Shown here: positions 35,069-43,909 of the stretch, piece by piece
Layout: each line of letters begins with the position of its first letter
Numbering within the stretch: position 1 is the first letter of the stretch
Source: Ardenticatenales bacterium
Lineage (GTDB): Bacteria; Chloroflexota; Anaerolineae; Promineifilales; UBA4811
DNA length: 43,909 nt
Assembly (NCBI GenBank): GCA_030593075.1
Contig: JAUVHW010000003.1
Span: forward strand, 1 to 43,909
Reading direction: 5' to 3'
Notes under the pieces: generated by a model
The model's database searches: none
What the model was told of the DNA's origin: nothing
The model's input: only the letters and a program-made list of their open reading frames with translations
Translations under genes and position numbers: made by a program

Positions 35069-35192
35069 CCACGAGCCGCGCTGCTGGCGCTGTCGCCGCA
35101 AGCTGGCCGAGTCCCTGACGCGCCCGTGGGAGATCGTCTGCCAGCGCTGCAAGGCCACGAACAATAGCGAGCCCATCCCCGCCGTGGTATAA
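35061..35192 (+). CDS. Mu Com-like Zn-ribbon protein (43 aa)
   Basis: RCWRCRRKLAE..EIVCQRCKATN; SD GGAGG; not in ORF track. Confidence 0.7.
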   Translation: MTDHEPRCWRCRRKLAESLTRPWEIVCQRCKATNNSEPIPAVV

Positions 35193-35193
35193 T
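35185..35193 (+). promoter_or_regulatory. Extended -10 promoter
   Basis: TG-G-TATAAT overlapping the Com-like stop codon. Confidence 0.65.
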
Positions 35194-35199
35194 GGGGGC

Positions 35200-35316
35200 A
35201 CAGTGGTGCGCTTCGGTTAGTAGCCTTCGGGAAGAACGCCGATCGCACGCGTTAGCACCGGGAAGCCTAGGGAACATCCGGTGCGGGGCCACTGGGCTAC
35301 GGCCTGGTGGCCCTTC
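35200..35316 (+). ncRNA. Candidate small structured RNA
   Basis: Three arms; C(UUCG)G and C(UACG)G loops; AGUA/GAA internal loop; own promoter. Confidence 0.6.
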
Positions 35317-35335
35317 GGCGTCACGCCACCCCGAC

Positions 35336-35366
35336 TTGACAAAGACGTAGAAGGTGTGCTTAGAAT
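35336..35366 (+). promoter_or_regulatory. Possible portal-operon promoter
   Basis: TTGACA-N19-TAGAAT (long spacer). Confidence 0.45.
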
Positions 35367-35385
35367 AGCCTAGCTAAGTACACTT

Positions 35386-35437
35386 TCGTGCCCTCGCCGC
35401 ATCGTGGCCCCCACGCGGCACTGGGGGCTTTGTCTTT
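35386..35437 (+). promoter_or_regulatory. Portal leader with alternative hairpins masking the SD / terminator-like
   Basis: GCCCCCA/TGGGGGC + TTTGTCTTT versus GCCGC..GTGG/CCAC.GCGGC. Confidence 0.55.
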
Positions 35438-37349
35438 GCCCGAAGAACCGCTGGACGCAGGAGAACTGCTTAAGCTCGTCTCCGCGCTGGAGAACGACCA
35501 GAGCTTCCGCACCTGGCAGGACCGCTACATCCCCAACTGGCGCGCGCTAAGGTGGCGCACAGAGCCCGTCCAGATCGCGGGCATCTCCGAGAAGCTGGAG
35601 TATCGCAGCCCCGCCATCGCCTCCAACGTAGACCGGTACCGGAACCGGGAGAGGGCGGCGAAGATCCGCATCCTCGTTGCCGCCAAGGACGAGGACCAGC
35701 ATTCGGTCTCCGCAGCCCAGGCGGTCGAGAACTTCGCCTACGCACTCTACGAGGACTTCCGCAGGCAGGGCGACGCCGACGACCGCGCCATCGACTACCA
35801 GGTAGCGGACGGCCTGGGACCGCGCAACATCGCCTGGGCGGACAATGTGCTGGACAAGCTATTCGCTAAGACGCAGCAGATTGACGACATCAAAGAGCGC
35901 GTAACCGCCGTCTTTAAGAGCGGCTTCGACGGCAACCCGTTCAAACTCCGCGTCCCCGACCCGCAGGTCCTCTACTGGGACAAGGACATGTCCTTGGTGG
36001 CGGAGGTGGGACTGGTGCGCATCTCGACGCTCAGGGCCGCGTATGAGGAGGGCCTGAGCCCCGGCGAGCTACACGACTTCAACGAGATCGTCTCCGATGT
36101 CGAGGAGTCTCACAGGCGGCTGCGCCCCCACCACGAGGGTCACGAGCAGCACGACCGCACGGTGCAGTTCTACCACGTTGAGACGAACGGCTGGGTGTAC
36201 GAAGCGATCCTCAACAAAGCGCAGAAGCCCAACCCCCAGCCGCTGATCCTGCGCCGGCACCCGAACCCCATCGGGCGGCCTCGATACGCATTCGCCGCGG
36301 GGCACAAGACATCGGGCCGCGACCCGTGGAAGTCGCACCGGCCTCTGGTCGCCGACCTCTACCCCATCGTCCAGCTCCTGAACATCACTCGCACCCTGCT
36401 CATGACGGGCGGACTCCAGACAGGACGGCCCATGTATCAGGAAGTGGCCGTGGGCGCTGCTGCCGACGACTTCATGACCATTCTCTCCAAGCCTGCCGAC
36501 ACGCGAAACGTCGTCTCTATCGACACGTCCAAGGGCGACTTCCTGCCGAAGCCCCGCAAGGGCCACCGCTGGGAGCCGGTCCCCATCCCCGACACTTCGA
36601 TCCTGGAGAAGGCCGATATCCGCCTGGAGGCCGACCTGGCGAACTACGGGTTCCCGGCCATCCTCTCGCCCGACGCCGCCATCGACGCCACTTCCGGTTA
36701 CGACCGCTCCCGCCAGATGGAGGGCGCGCAGGACTTTCTGGAGCCGCCTCTGGCCAACAACGCCGAGGCGTGGAAGGAACTCTTCCTTATGTGCTTCGAC
36801 GCCATCAAGGAGATGGGCGTCCCCGTCACCATCCGCACGCTGCTCCGCGCCCAGGGTGAGGACTCGCGCATCCAGGATGTGGTTACGATCAGGCCGGAGG
36901 ACATCGATGATGTTCACTTGGAGGTGCGCTTCGAGAGCATCCCGGCCACCGTGCAGTTCGCGATGGACGAGGCGGCCCGCCGCGACGTAGAGGGTGGCTG
37001 GATGTCGCGCAGTCGGTACATGGGCACGAAGTACGATGACCCGGAGCGTGAGGCGGAGCAGATCGCGCTTGACGATATGCGGCTTGCCGGGCAGCAGATG
37101 GCGAAGGACGCCGCGATCTCGTTCATCCAGGTGATGATCCCCCAGGATATGCAGCAAGTGGCTCAGGAACTGGGCGTCACTCTCCCGGTAGGCGGGCAGG
37201 CTGGCAACGGGCAGAACCCTGAGCGTCCGCCCGAAGGGGCGGCGCCGGGCGTCGGTTCGCCACTGGTGCCACCGTTGCAGGGACAACCTGGCGAGGCTGT
37301 GCCGCAGGGCACTCCGGCCACGGGCGGCGGAAGCGTGGGTGTATCGTAA
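35436..37349 (+). CDS. Portal protein (head-tail connector); likely TTG start at 35436
   Basis: ~637 aa helical protein after terL; ATSGY motif; Q/P/G-rich tail typical of podovirus portals. Confidence 0.75.
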   Translation: MPEEPLDAGELLKLVSALENDQSFRTWQDRYIPNWRALRWRTEPVQIAGISEKLEYRSPAIASNVDRYRNRERAAKIRILVAAKDEDQHSVSAAQAVENFAYALYEDFRRQGDADDRAIDYQVADGLGPRNIAWADNVLDKLFAKTQQIDDIKERVTAVFKSGFDGNPFKLRVPDPQVLYWDKDMSLVAEVGLVRISTLRAAYEEGLSPGELHDFNEIVSDVEESHRRLRPHHEGHEQHDRTVQFYHVETNGWVYEAILNKAQKPNPQPLILRRHPNPIGRPRYAFAAGHKTSGRDPWKSHRPLVADLYPIVQLLNITRTLLMTGGLQTGRPMYQEVAVGAAADDFMTILSKPADTRNVVSIDTSKGDFLPKPRKGHRWEPVPIPDTSILEKADIRLEADLANYGFPAILSPDAAIDATSGYDRSRQMEGAQDFLEPPLANNAEAWKELFLMCFDAIKEMGVPVTIRTLLRAQGEDSRIQDVVTIRPEDIDDVHLEVRFESIPATVQFAMDEAARRDVEGGWMSRSRYMGTKYDDPEREAEQIALDDMRLAGQQMAKDAAISFIQVMIPQDMQQVAQELGVTLPVGGQAGNGQNPERPPEGAAPGVGSPLVPPLQGQPGEAVPQGTPATGGGSVGVS

Positions 37350-37480
37350 TGCCTGTCCCGCGGGGCACACGCTTTCGCGTGAAGCGCACCAAGAGCGGGA
37401 AGCGGGTAAGGCTTGCCTTCAAGAACGACAAGGTGATCGAGGCGAAGCGACTGAAAGGCAGGCGTCGTGGCCGCCGGTGA
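37349..37480 (+). CDS. 43-aa highly basic protein
   Basis: TAATG-coupled to portal; MPVPRGTRFRVKRTKSGKRVRLAFK.., 19 K/R. Confidence 0.7.
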   Translation: MPVPRGTRFRVKRTKSGKRVRLAFKNDKVIEAKRLKGRRRGRR

Positions 37481-37772
37481 GAAGCTCAGCCCCGGCCTGG
37501 GCGCGGCGTATATCAACCGCTTGGTCGAGCACGGGCGTCTGGCCTTCCGGGAGGACTTCCGCTTGCTCATAGTGAACGCCATGCAGGACGGCTATCTCTG
37601 GTTCACGGAACCGCTCACGCCTGCTGAGAGACAGGCATGGCTCCTCTCGGCGGAGGCCGACCAGCAGGTAGCCGAAAAGATACAGGACCCTGAGGCTTCG
37701 GTGAGAGCGGAGGCGGTGGAACTGGCCCAGGAGATTACGGAGGCCCGCAATGGCAACACGGCGAACGCGTAA
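37467..37772 (+). CDS. Hypothetical protein
   Basis: Overlapping coupled ORF. Confidence 0.65.
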   Translation: MAAGEKLSPGLGAAYINRLVEHGRLAFREDFRLLIVNAMQDGYLWFTEPLTPAERQAWLLSAEADQQVAEKIQDPEASVRAEAVELAQEITEARNGNTANA

Positions 37773-39978
37773 GAAGAACCGTATGCGCGCCGCGCGCGCC
37801 GTGGGCACGATACCTGGGGTGCCGAGTTTCCAGGGGGGCACTGACGAGGGCCTACTTACAGGCCCCGCAACTGGCCCGGTCATAGGTGGCGGTACCGGCC
37901 CCATCAATCTCCCTGGCATGCTCCAGGGAGCTACGGGGGATGGCGGGTTCTTCCGCGAGGTAGGCCCAGAGGGCCCGACCCGTATTAGGGACATGGGCTT
38001 CGGCACAGGGATTGTCGAAGTATGGAATCCTATGACGGGGCGGTACGAGCCGACAGACCAGCTAATCAATTTGCCTGACGTTGGAGGGGCCGGTGCTGGT
38101 GCTGCCGCCGGTCCGCCGCAGTTCCGGCCCGGAGAGCTGGAACTGCTCCAGGAACAGAACGACCTGGAGCGGCGGCAGCAGGATCTCTCCGTACAGCAGG
38201 AGAACCTCAACCGGCAGCAGCGGGAGTTGGAGTCTCAGCGGCAATTCCAGATCGCCCGCGGTCAGCTCCGGCTAGCCCAACAGACCGAACGGCGGATTGG
38301 GGAGATACAGCGTGCCCAGCAGGCGCTGGCTGTGCAGGCGCAGGGTCTTGAGGACCGGCGCTTCGCCCTGGAAGAGGAGGCGACCCGCTTCGGGATGCAG
38401 ACCAGCCTGGCGGCCCAGCAGGGCCAGCTCGCGACAGCCCAGGGCAATATCGCGGCCCGCCGGGCTGAGTTCCTGAGCGGTCTGCTCGCTAACCCGCGAG
38501 ACTTCGTGCAGTCACAGATCGCCCTCGGCGGCGGCAATTCCTTCGTCCAGCAACTGCTGGGGGGTCAGCAGATCGGAGGCCAGAGCACCGGTCTCATCGG
38601 GGAAACGCCGACGCTGGGCCAGGGCTTCGCCAACGCCCTTGCTCAGATCACCGCTCGACCTGAGGAAGACCTGTTCCGTCAGGCCGGTGAGACGCTGGGC
38701 CAGATACCGTCCCAGTTCGGCCCCGCTCAGGAGCTGCAAGCGCTCGGTCGCACCAACCCCGGTGCGCTGCAAGCCTTCTTCCAGCAGGCAGCCCAGAACA
38801 ACCCCCAGGTGAGGGCGCAACTGGGCGAGGCAATGCGGGCGAACCAGGCGTCTATGCGCGAAGCCCTCAGGGGCAGGGCGGGGATGGACCCGAACTTCGC
38901 TCGCCGCTTCGCCGGGAAGGCGAATATCCTCGGCTTCAAGCAGGGTGGGCGCATGGTGCTGGACGAACCCGTGGTCGCCATCGGCATGGCGTCCGGGCAG
39001 CCGCGCTTCACTGCTGGCGAGGACTTCCAGCCGGAGGTCATCGACATCACGCCGCTGAACAAGGTGCAGTCGTTCCAGGAGGGCGGGCGTGTGACGTTCG
39101 GCGGCCTTAAGGCACCCGCCGCTCCGTCGCCTCGGCGCAGCGGGACTGCTTCCGCACTAGGCGCAACGGCGGCCAGGAACTTGTTTAACCGGCGACAGAC
39201 AACCCAGCAACCTCAACAGCGTGGCGGAGGTGGCGGCGGACTGACGGTGAACATCGGCCAGGGCGGCGCGTTCAACGCTGCGCCCCAGACAGGGCTGCCA
39301 ACCGGCCCACCTATGCCGTTTGAGGGTCCCCCGCCAACGGCTCCGACGGCCCCGCCTCTTGGGGGCATCGCCGACCTGATCGGCGGCAAGGGCGCACCGG
39401 GCTTCGGCCCGCCCGTAGGGCCGCTCTTCGGCCCTCAGCCACTACCGGCGCCCCCGCCCCCGCCGCTCGACCTGTCTTCGCTCACAGGCCCGGGCGACTT
39501 CTTCGGCGGAACCGTTACGCCGCCGGAAGCGTTCCAGAACGTGCCCACCGGTCTCATGGCGCTGGCGCAGTTCCTCCTGGGCGATCAGTTCGGGGAGATA
39601 TTCCCCAATCGAGGCGAGATAACGCCGGAGATGGTCGAGTTCATTCAGCGGGGGATGGAGATGGACCCGCAGTTCCAGGCCCGCTTCATCCGTGACGTAC
39701 AGGAGCAGCGCCTGCGCGAGCAGGGAGCGTTCAACCAGTTGCCACAGACGCCGGGCGAGGCGGCCCGGCTGCTCTCGACCTTCTCACCGAGACAGTTCTT
39801 CAACCTGCTCCCTGAGCAGGAGGAGCTGCGGCAGAGCCTCATCAGCGGGATTGGCATCGACCCGCGCAGCAATGTCCAGAGCATCCTGCGACAGATCCCC
39901 ACGGCCCCTAATCCGGGGAGCGTGGCGTTTGGCAATTTCCGAGAGGGTGGGCGCGTGACCGTAGCGCCGTATAGATAA
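37750..39978 (+). CDS. Putative internal virion/DNA-ejection protein
   Basis: Q/G/A-rich coiled coil, Pro-rich spacer, four F-x-(x)-G-G motifs. Confidence 0.6.
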   Translation: MATRRTRKKNRMRAARAVGTIPGVPSFQGGTDEGLLTGPATGPVIGGGTGPINLPGMLQGATGDGGFFREVGPEGPTRIRDMGFGTGIVEVWNPMTGRYEPTDQLINLPDVGGAGAGAAAGPPQFRPGELELLQEQNDLERRQQDLSVQQENLNRQQRELESQRQFQIARGQLRLAQQTERRIGEIQRAQQALAVQAQGLEDRRFALEEEATRFGMQTSLAAQQGQLATAQGNIAARRAEFLSGLLANPRDFVQSQIALGGGNSFVQQLLGGQQIGGQSTGLIGETPTLGQGFANALAQITARPEEDLFRQAGETLGQIPSQFGPAQELQALGRTNPGALQAFFQQAAQNNPQVRAQLGEAMRANQASMREALRGRAGMDPNFARRFAGKANILGFKQGGRMVLDEPVVAIGMASGQPRFTAGEDFQPEVIDITPLNKVQSFQEGGRVTFGGLKAPAAPSPRRSGTASALGATAARNLFNRRQTTQQPQQRGGGGGGLTVNIGQGGAFNAAPQTGLPTGPPMPFEGPPPTAPTAPPLGGIADLIGGKGAPGFGPPVGPLFGPQPLPAPPPPPLDLSSLTGPGDFFGGTVTPPEAFQNVPTGLMALAQFLLGDQFGEIFPNRGEITPEMVEFIQRGMEMDPQFQARFIRDVQEQRLREQGAFNQLPQTPGEAARLLSTFSPRQFFNLLPEQEELRQSLISGIGIDPRSNVQSILRQIPTAPNPGSVAFGNFREGGRVTVAPYR

Positions 39979-39988
39979 GGAGAGGAAC

Positions 39989-40234
39989 ATGCCACATAGA
40001 GGACTAATACGAGGACGATCCGTTGGAGGCGGCCGCACCCGCACGCGCAGGCGCATACCTCCATTCCGCCCGCCATCTCGCCAAGGAAGCAAGGCCCCGC
40101 CGCGCCCCCGAGGGGGTAGGTCCCGTGCAAGGCGAGTTAGCCGCACAGTGCGGGTTAGGGCGGGCGCAACCCGCGCAGCTCAGACTGCAATTCGCGCACG
40201 CAGGAGGGCAGCAGCGCGGCGCCGGAGGGGCTAG
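39989..40234 (+). CDS. Arg-rich protamine-like protein (81 aa)
   Basis: SD AAGGAGAGG; 28 Arg, no Asp/Glu; fills the gap between two virion genes. Confidence 0.65.
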   Translation: MPHRGLIRGRSVGGGRTRTRRRIPPFRPPSRQGSKAPPRPRGGRSRARRVSRTVRVRAGATRAAQTAIRARRRAAARRRRG

Positions 40235-43200
40235 ATGCCCCATACCCTAACCCGTTCTCTCTTCAGCGTACTCAGGCAGCGCGACGATGAAGAACGTCGC
40301 GCCCGTGAAGTGCGCGACCAGGCAGGCTTCTTCCGCCGCTTCGGCCGGCAGGACAACGCCATTGGCCGGGCTGCTGGTGAACTCTTCCCGCTAGGGTTGA
40401 CGTACGAGCGCCAGCGGCTGGAGGATCCCAGTCTCCGGCCCAATAAGTTCGTGCTCCGGTTGCAGGAACTGGCCTTCCGGGGCGAACTCACGCAGCCTCC
40501 GCCGGGTATGGAGCAGCGCGGAGTACCCGCTGAGGAGAAGGGCTTCCCGCCGCTCCGGGCGATCTCCGGTCCTGGCCTCGGTATCAGGTTCGCTGGAGGT
40601 CCGCCTGAGACTGAGGAGGCGGCTATGCAGCAGGCGGTACGTCAGCAGGCGGGCCTGGCAGAGGCAGTGAGGGAGAGACAGCAAGGGCTGCCGACAATCG
40701 ATCCGGTATCTGGCCTACTTCAGCCTGCGCCAAGCGAGTCCGACCGCTTAGAGGCGGCTCGTGTGCAAGCGGGAATCGAAGAGATAGCTGCGGATGTGCG
40801 CCGTAACCTGGAACTGGGCGTATTCACAGAGGAAGAAGCTGAGGCCGCTTTCCAGAGCCAGGTCAACGAATTGCAACGGGGGAATATCAGGGCGAGCGGT
40901 CAAGGGCCGTTTGGTATTCCACTTGGCCCGCTAGGGGCTGACGTGCCGACAGATCCCAGCCCCCTCGGAGGTGTCAGATCATTATTGAGTCCGCAATTCA
41001 AGGTACCATCGGAAGAAACGCTGTCGCCTCTAGGCCCTGCTGCTGGGCCGGTTCACCGAGAACTGACAGCGCTCGCGACGCCCCTGGGATTTAGCACTGC
41101 TATCGGCCTACCATTGGCGCTGGGGCCGCGATTGGCGGCTGCTGAACTCGGTGCAGGCTCTCTCGGCGCTACCGGCCTGGGAACGCTGGGCGAGGTCGCC
41201 GACGTGCCGGAGCCCGTGCAGATCGGCCTGGAGGTGGGCGGGGGCCTGCTGCCCGCCGGTGCGCTGGGGGCGACTAGGCGCATCCCCGTGCCGCAGCCCG
41301 CTCGTGTGGCTGAGGAGGCGGCGGAAGCGCTGCCCGACGTTACGCGCCCTGCCGTGCGTGAGGGTGCGGAGGCGGCGGAGGAAGTGGCTGAGGAGGTAGC
41401 GCCGACTGCTGCTGAGAAGTTGACTGACATCCTGAAGCGCACCACGCGCCCCGCTCGCCGTGAGATGGAAGCGCTGAAGAGCGCAGAACTGAAGAAGAGA
41501 GTGGGTGCGGGTGCGGCGATCTTGGAGCGTGGCGAGGGCGAAGAGGCATTTATACGGGCCACGGCGCAACTTAAGGGTGAGTTCCCCAAGGTCGCTGGCG
41601 TGCCGCGCCAAGAACTCACGCCCGACGACATATTCCAGCTCTATGAGGTCGTCAACAAGAAGCCCGGCGAACTCTTCTTGACGAGGACGCGGGTCGGTAG
41701 TTCGCTCAACAAGGTGCTCTCAGGCGATGTTCCTGGCGGCGCCGACATCGCCCTCATGGAGCGGTTCTTCGGCAAGGAACTCGGCAAGGAACTACGGAGT
41801 GGGACACCTTTGGGCAAGCGTGTGTTCACCAACATACTGAGCGGTGCCAACGCGATCCGCGCTGTCCAGACAGCCTTCGATTTCTCGGCCCCGTTCAGGC
41901 AGGGAATCCTTCTCATCGGCCACCCGAAAGAGTTCTTCAGCAACATGAAGCCGATGTTCAGGGCGTTCTCGAATGATGAGTATTTCAAGCAGTCGATGGC
42001 CGAGCTCGCGACCGGGCCACAGGCCGAGCGTCGCGCTGCCGCGAACCTGTATCAAGCCGATATTACGCCACCAAAAGGTCAGGGCGCACTGGCAGAGATG
42101 TCAGCGCGAGAAGAGGCGTTCATGTCCAACCTCGTTGACCGCATTCCCGGCGTGCGCCGCTCGCAAAATGCCTTCATCCTCTACCTCAACAAACTGCGGG
42201 CCGATGTATTCGATAACACCGTGGCCGGCTGGGACCGGTTAGGTACCACGACGCCCGATCTGGAAGAGGACTTGGCCCGAATGGTCAACATCTTCACGGG
42301 CCGCGGCGACCTAGGCGCGATAGATGACTTCGTGCCGGTTCTGAACCAGGCGTTCTTCTCGGCCCGTCTCCTAGCCAGCCGGGTACAGGCGCCAACGTTG
42401 CTCTTCAGGGGATCGAAGGAAGTCCGACTGCTCGCAGCAAGAGACCTGGCCTCCTTCATCGGCTTTGGCATGGGCATAATCGGCCTTGCCGCCGCCGCCG
42501 CTGAGGCGTTTGAGAGGCAGACGGGCAAGGAGGCGGACTTCAAGGTCGAGATGGACCCGCGATCCACCGACTTTGGGAAGATCAGGGTGGGCCAGACCCG
42601 GCTAGACTTCTGGGGCGGCTTCCAGCCTATCGCACGGTACGCTGCGCAGATCGCCACAGGGCAACGCAAGACTGCTATGGGGGATGTTATCCCCGCCGAT
42701 AGGCTGTCAAGCTTCAGCCGCTTCCTGCGTTCGAAGCTCTCGCCGCAGGCGGGCCTTGCTGTGGATGTGGCTCAGGGCGAGACCTTCCTGGGCGACGAAC
42801 TCACTACCGACCCGACGAGCTTGAAGGAGCAGGCATTCAACCGCCTCACACCTCTCTTCATTCAGGACTTCACTGAGGCGATAACGGAAGGCAATGCGGC
42901 TAGCCCGTTCATGACGATTCCCGCTGCCTTCGGCGCAAGCGCGATGACTTATCGTACATTCACCGAAGAGACGGCCGCGAAGATCGCAGAGGATTTCGAG
43001 ACGGGCCGGCTGGACATTCAGAGGTACGACGAACTGCCGACAAGGCTCGGCGATCTCCTGCCCAGCGATAAAGAAATCTTCAATGCCGCCCACCCAGAGG
43101 TAGAGGAGCATATCTCGCAGTTCGACCGGGGCGAGGATGAAACCTCGCGCTTCTTCCAGCAGATCGAGGTTGGTAAGGAGCGCCTGCGAGGCGAACTCGA

Positions 43201-43864
43201 CCGTATCGATCAATCAGCGCGGCAAGGCCAATTCGGTGACATGGGCGAACAAGATGCTAGAAGTACCTTCTGGGACTCCGTAGGCAAGCAGGAAGACCGC
43301 TACACAGGCGTCATTATCAACGCCGAGGATCAGTTTCCGGCAGCAACGGAAGGCTTGGCCGACCGTGGGCCGACAGGCAGAATCAGCCGCCTCATCAGGG
43401 AATATCGGGAGCTCCAGGACCGCCATCCGGTGCGCGAGACGGAGGAGCAGTGGGAAGCGTACGAAGTCGATCTCAATGGAAACTTCACCGAGCAAGAAGT
43501 TAAGCTGGTGCGGGCTGAACTGGATATCGGGGACCATGATGTACAGCGGGCATGGGCGGAACTGAATGACATACTAGGCGGCACGGGCTACTACGACGTG
43601 CCCGAAGGCCGCGGCCAAGCGCGCCAGCGTGAGCGGATGCGCCGGCAGAGCCCCGAACTAGACGCCGCTCTGTTTCTGCTGGGCCGCGTGAGTACGCTTA
43701 AGACGCCCGCCGCCAGGAACATCGTGGCTCAGCGCTCCCAGGAGATATGGGGGGGCGCTGCTACGCCAGCCCCGACAGGCCCGTTCTCGCCCCTGCAACC
43801 GGGCGGCTTCGACTCGTTGCAGCCTGGGGGCTTTGAGGGCTTGCAGCCGTTGGGGGTGCCCTAG
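40235..43864 (+). CDS. Large internal virion/ejection protein
   Basis: 1209 aa helical; DPRSTDFGKIRVG..DFWGGFQ..RSKLSP segment; LQPGGF repeats at C-terminus. Confidence 0.65.
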   Translation: MPHTLTRSLFSVLRQRDDEERRAREVRDQAGFFRRFGRQDNAIGRAAGELFPLGLTYERQRLEDPSLRPNKFVLRLQELAFRGELTQPPPGMEQRGVPAEEKGFPPLRAISGPGLGIRFAGGPPETEEAAMQQAVRQQAGLAEAVRERQQGLPTIDPVSGLLQPAPSESDRLEAARVQAGIEEIAADVRRNLELGVFTEEEAEAAFQSQVNELQRGNIRASGQGPFGIPLGPLGADVPTDPSPLGGVRSLLSPQFKVPSEETLSPLGPAAGPVHRELTALATPLGFSTAIGLPLALGPRLAAAELGAGSLGATGLGTLGEVADVPEPVQIGLEVGGGLLPAGALGATRRIPVPQPARVAEEAAEALPDVTRPAVREGAEAAEEVAEEVAPTAAEKLTDILKRTTRPARREMEALKSAELKKRVGAGAAILERGEGEEAFIRATAQLKGEFPKVAGVPRQELTPDDIFQLYEVVNKKPGELFLTRTRVGSSLNKVLSGDVPGGADIALMERFFGKELGKELRSGTPLGKRVFTNILSGANAIRAVQTAFDFSAPFRQGILLIGHPKEFFSNMKPMFRAFSNDEYFKQSMAELATGPQAERRAAANLYQADITPPKGQGALAEMSAREEAFMSNLVDRIPGVRRSQNAFILYLNKLRADVFDNTVAGWDRLGTTTPDLEEDLARMVNIFTGRGDLGAIDDFVPVLNQAFFSARLLASRVQAPTLLFRGSKEVRLLAARDLASFIGFGMGIIGLAAAAAEAFERQTGKEADFKVEMDPRSTDFGKIRVGQTRLDFWGGFQPIARYAAQIATGQRKTAMGDVIPADRLSSFSRFLRSKLSPQAGLAVDVAQGETFLGDELTTDPTSLKEQAFNRLTPLFIQDFTEAITEGNAASPFMTIPAAFGASAMTYRTFTEETAAKIAEDFETGRLDIQRYDELPTRLGDLLPSDKEIFNAAHPEVEEHISQFDRGEDETSRFFQQIEVGKERLRGELDRIDQSARQGQFGDMGEQDARSTFWDSVGKQEDRYTGVIINAEDQFPAATEGLADRGPTGRISRLIREYRELQDRHPVRETEEQWEAYEVDLNGNFTEQEVKLVRAELDIGDHDVQRAWAELNDILGGTGYYDVPEGRGQARQRERMRRQSPELDAALFLLGRVSTLKTPAARNIVAQRSQEIWGGAATPAPTGPFSPLQPGGFDSLQPGGFEGLQPLGVP

Positions 43865-43909
43865 CTATGTACGAAGGTGGTTCCACCAGCCGTACCAGCC
43901 AGCGAAAGC

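Larger units (their letters stand above)
1..43909. mobile_element. Tailed dsDNA phage genome (podovirus-like), near-complete
   Basis: terS/terL/portal, adaptor/nozzle-like genes, large internal virion proteins, amidase endolysin, RusA and initiator; no tape measure, sheath or tube gene and no host housekeeping genes recognised. Confidence 0.95.

Noticed and set aside
36069-37370. 433-aa minus-strand ORF (likewise 14309-15058, 33558-34283, 37419-38210)
   Set aside because: Antisense shadows of GC-rich genes with no motifs
1-43909. Stop-codon reassignment, suggested by frequent CTAG/TAG
   Set aside because: Long genes are intact in code 11, and TAG/TGA end genes at coupled junctions

Overview
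Near-complete genome of a high-GC, short-tailed (podovirus-like) dsDNA tailed phage. No host genes are visible, and the major capsid and scaffold genes appear to lie outside the window. Order: HNH, head decoration and adaptor/nozzle/fibre genes (565-9030); a Thr-rich collagen fibre followed by a putative modification cassette (SAM-MTase-GT2-TPR fusion, sulfotransferase-like protein, GT-A) (9031-12922); a beta-repeat protein; a holin/amidase lysis module; a long rightward early/middle operon with many small Zn-finger ORFs, a putative ssDNA-annealing protein, RusA, an Rpf/SLT-like enzyme, an N6-adenine MTase, a LuxR-HTH, a replication initiator with iterons and a SLOG protein (15146-29317); a short leftward operon with an RHH gene; then terS, HNH, terL, a Com-like Zn ribbon, portal and internal virion proteins. 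Best leads: a ~550-nt densely base-paired candidate ncRNA (17415-17967); a promoter-driven ~115-nt RNA with two UNCG loops and an S-turn between terL and portal, next to a two-state portal leader; the virion glycosylation cassette; nested membrane-peptide genes inside the transglycosylase; and a protamine-like protein. All calls come from reading motifs and synteny by eye; no searches or folding programs were run.
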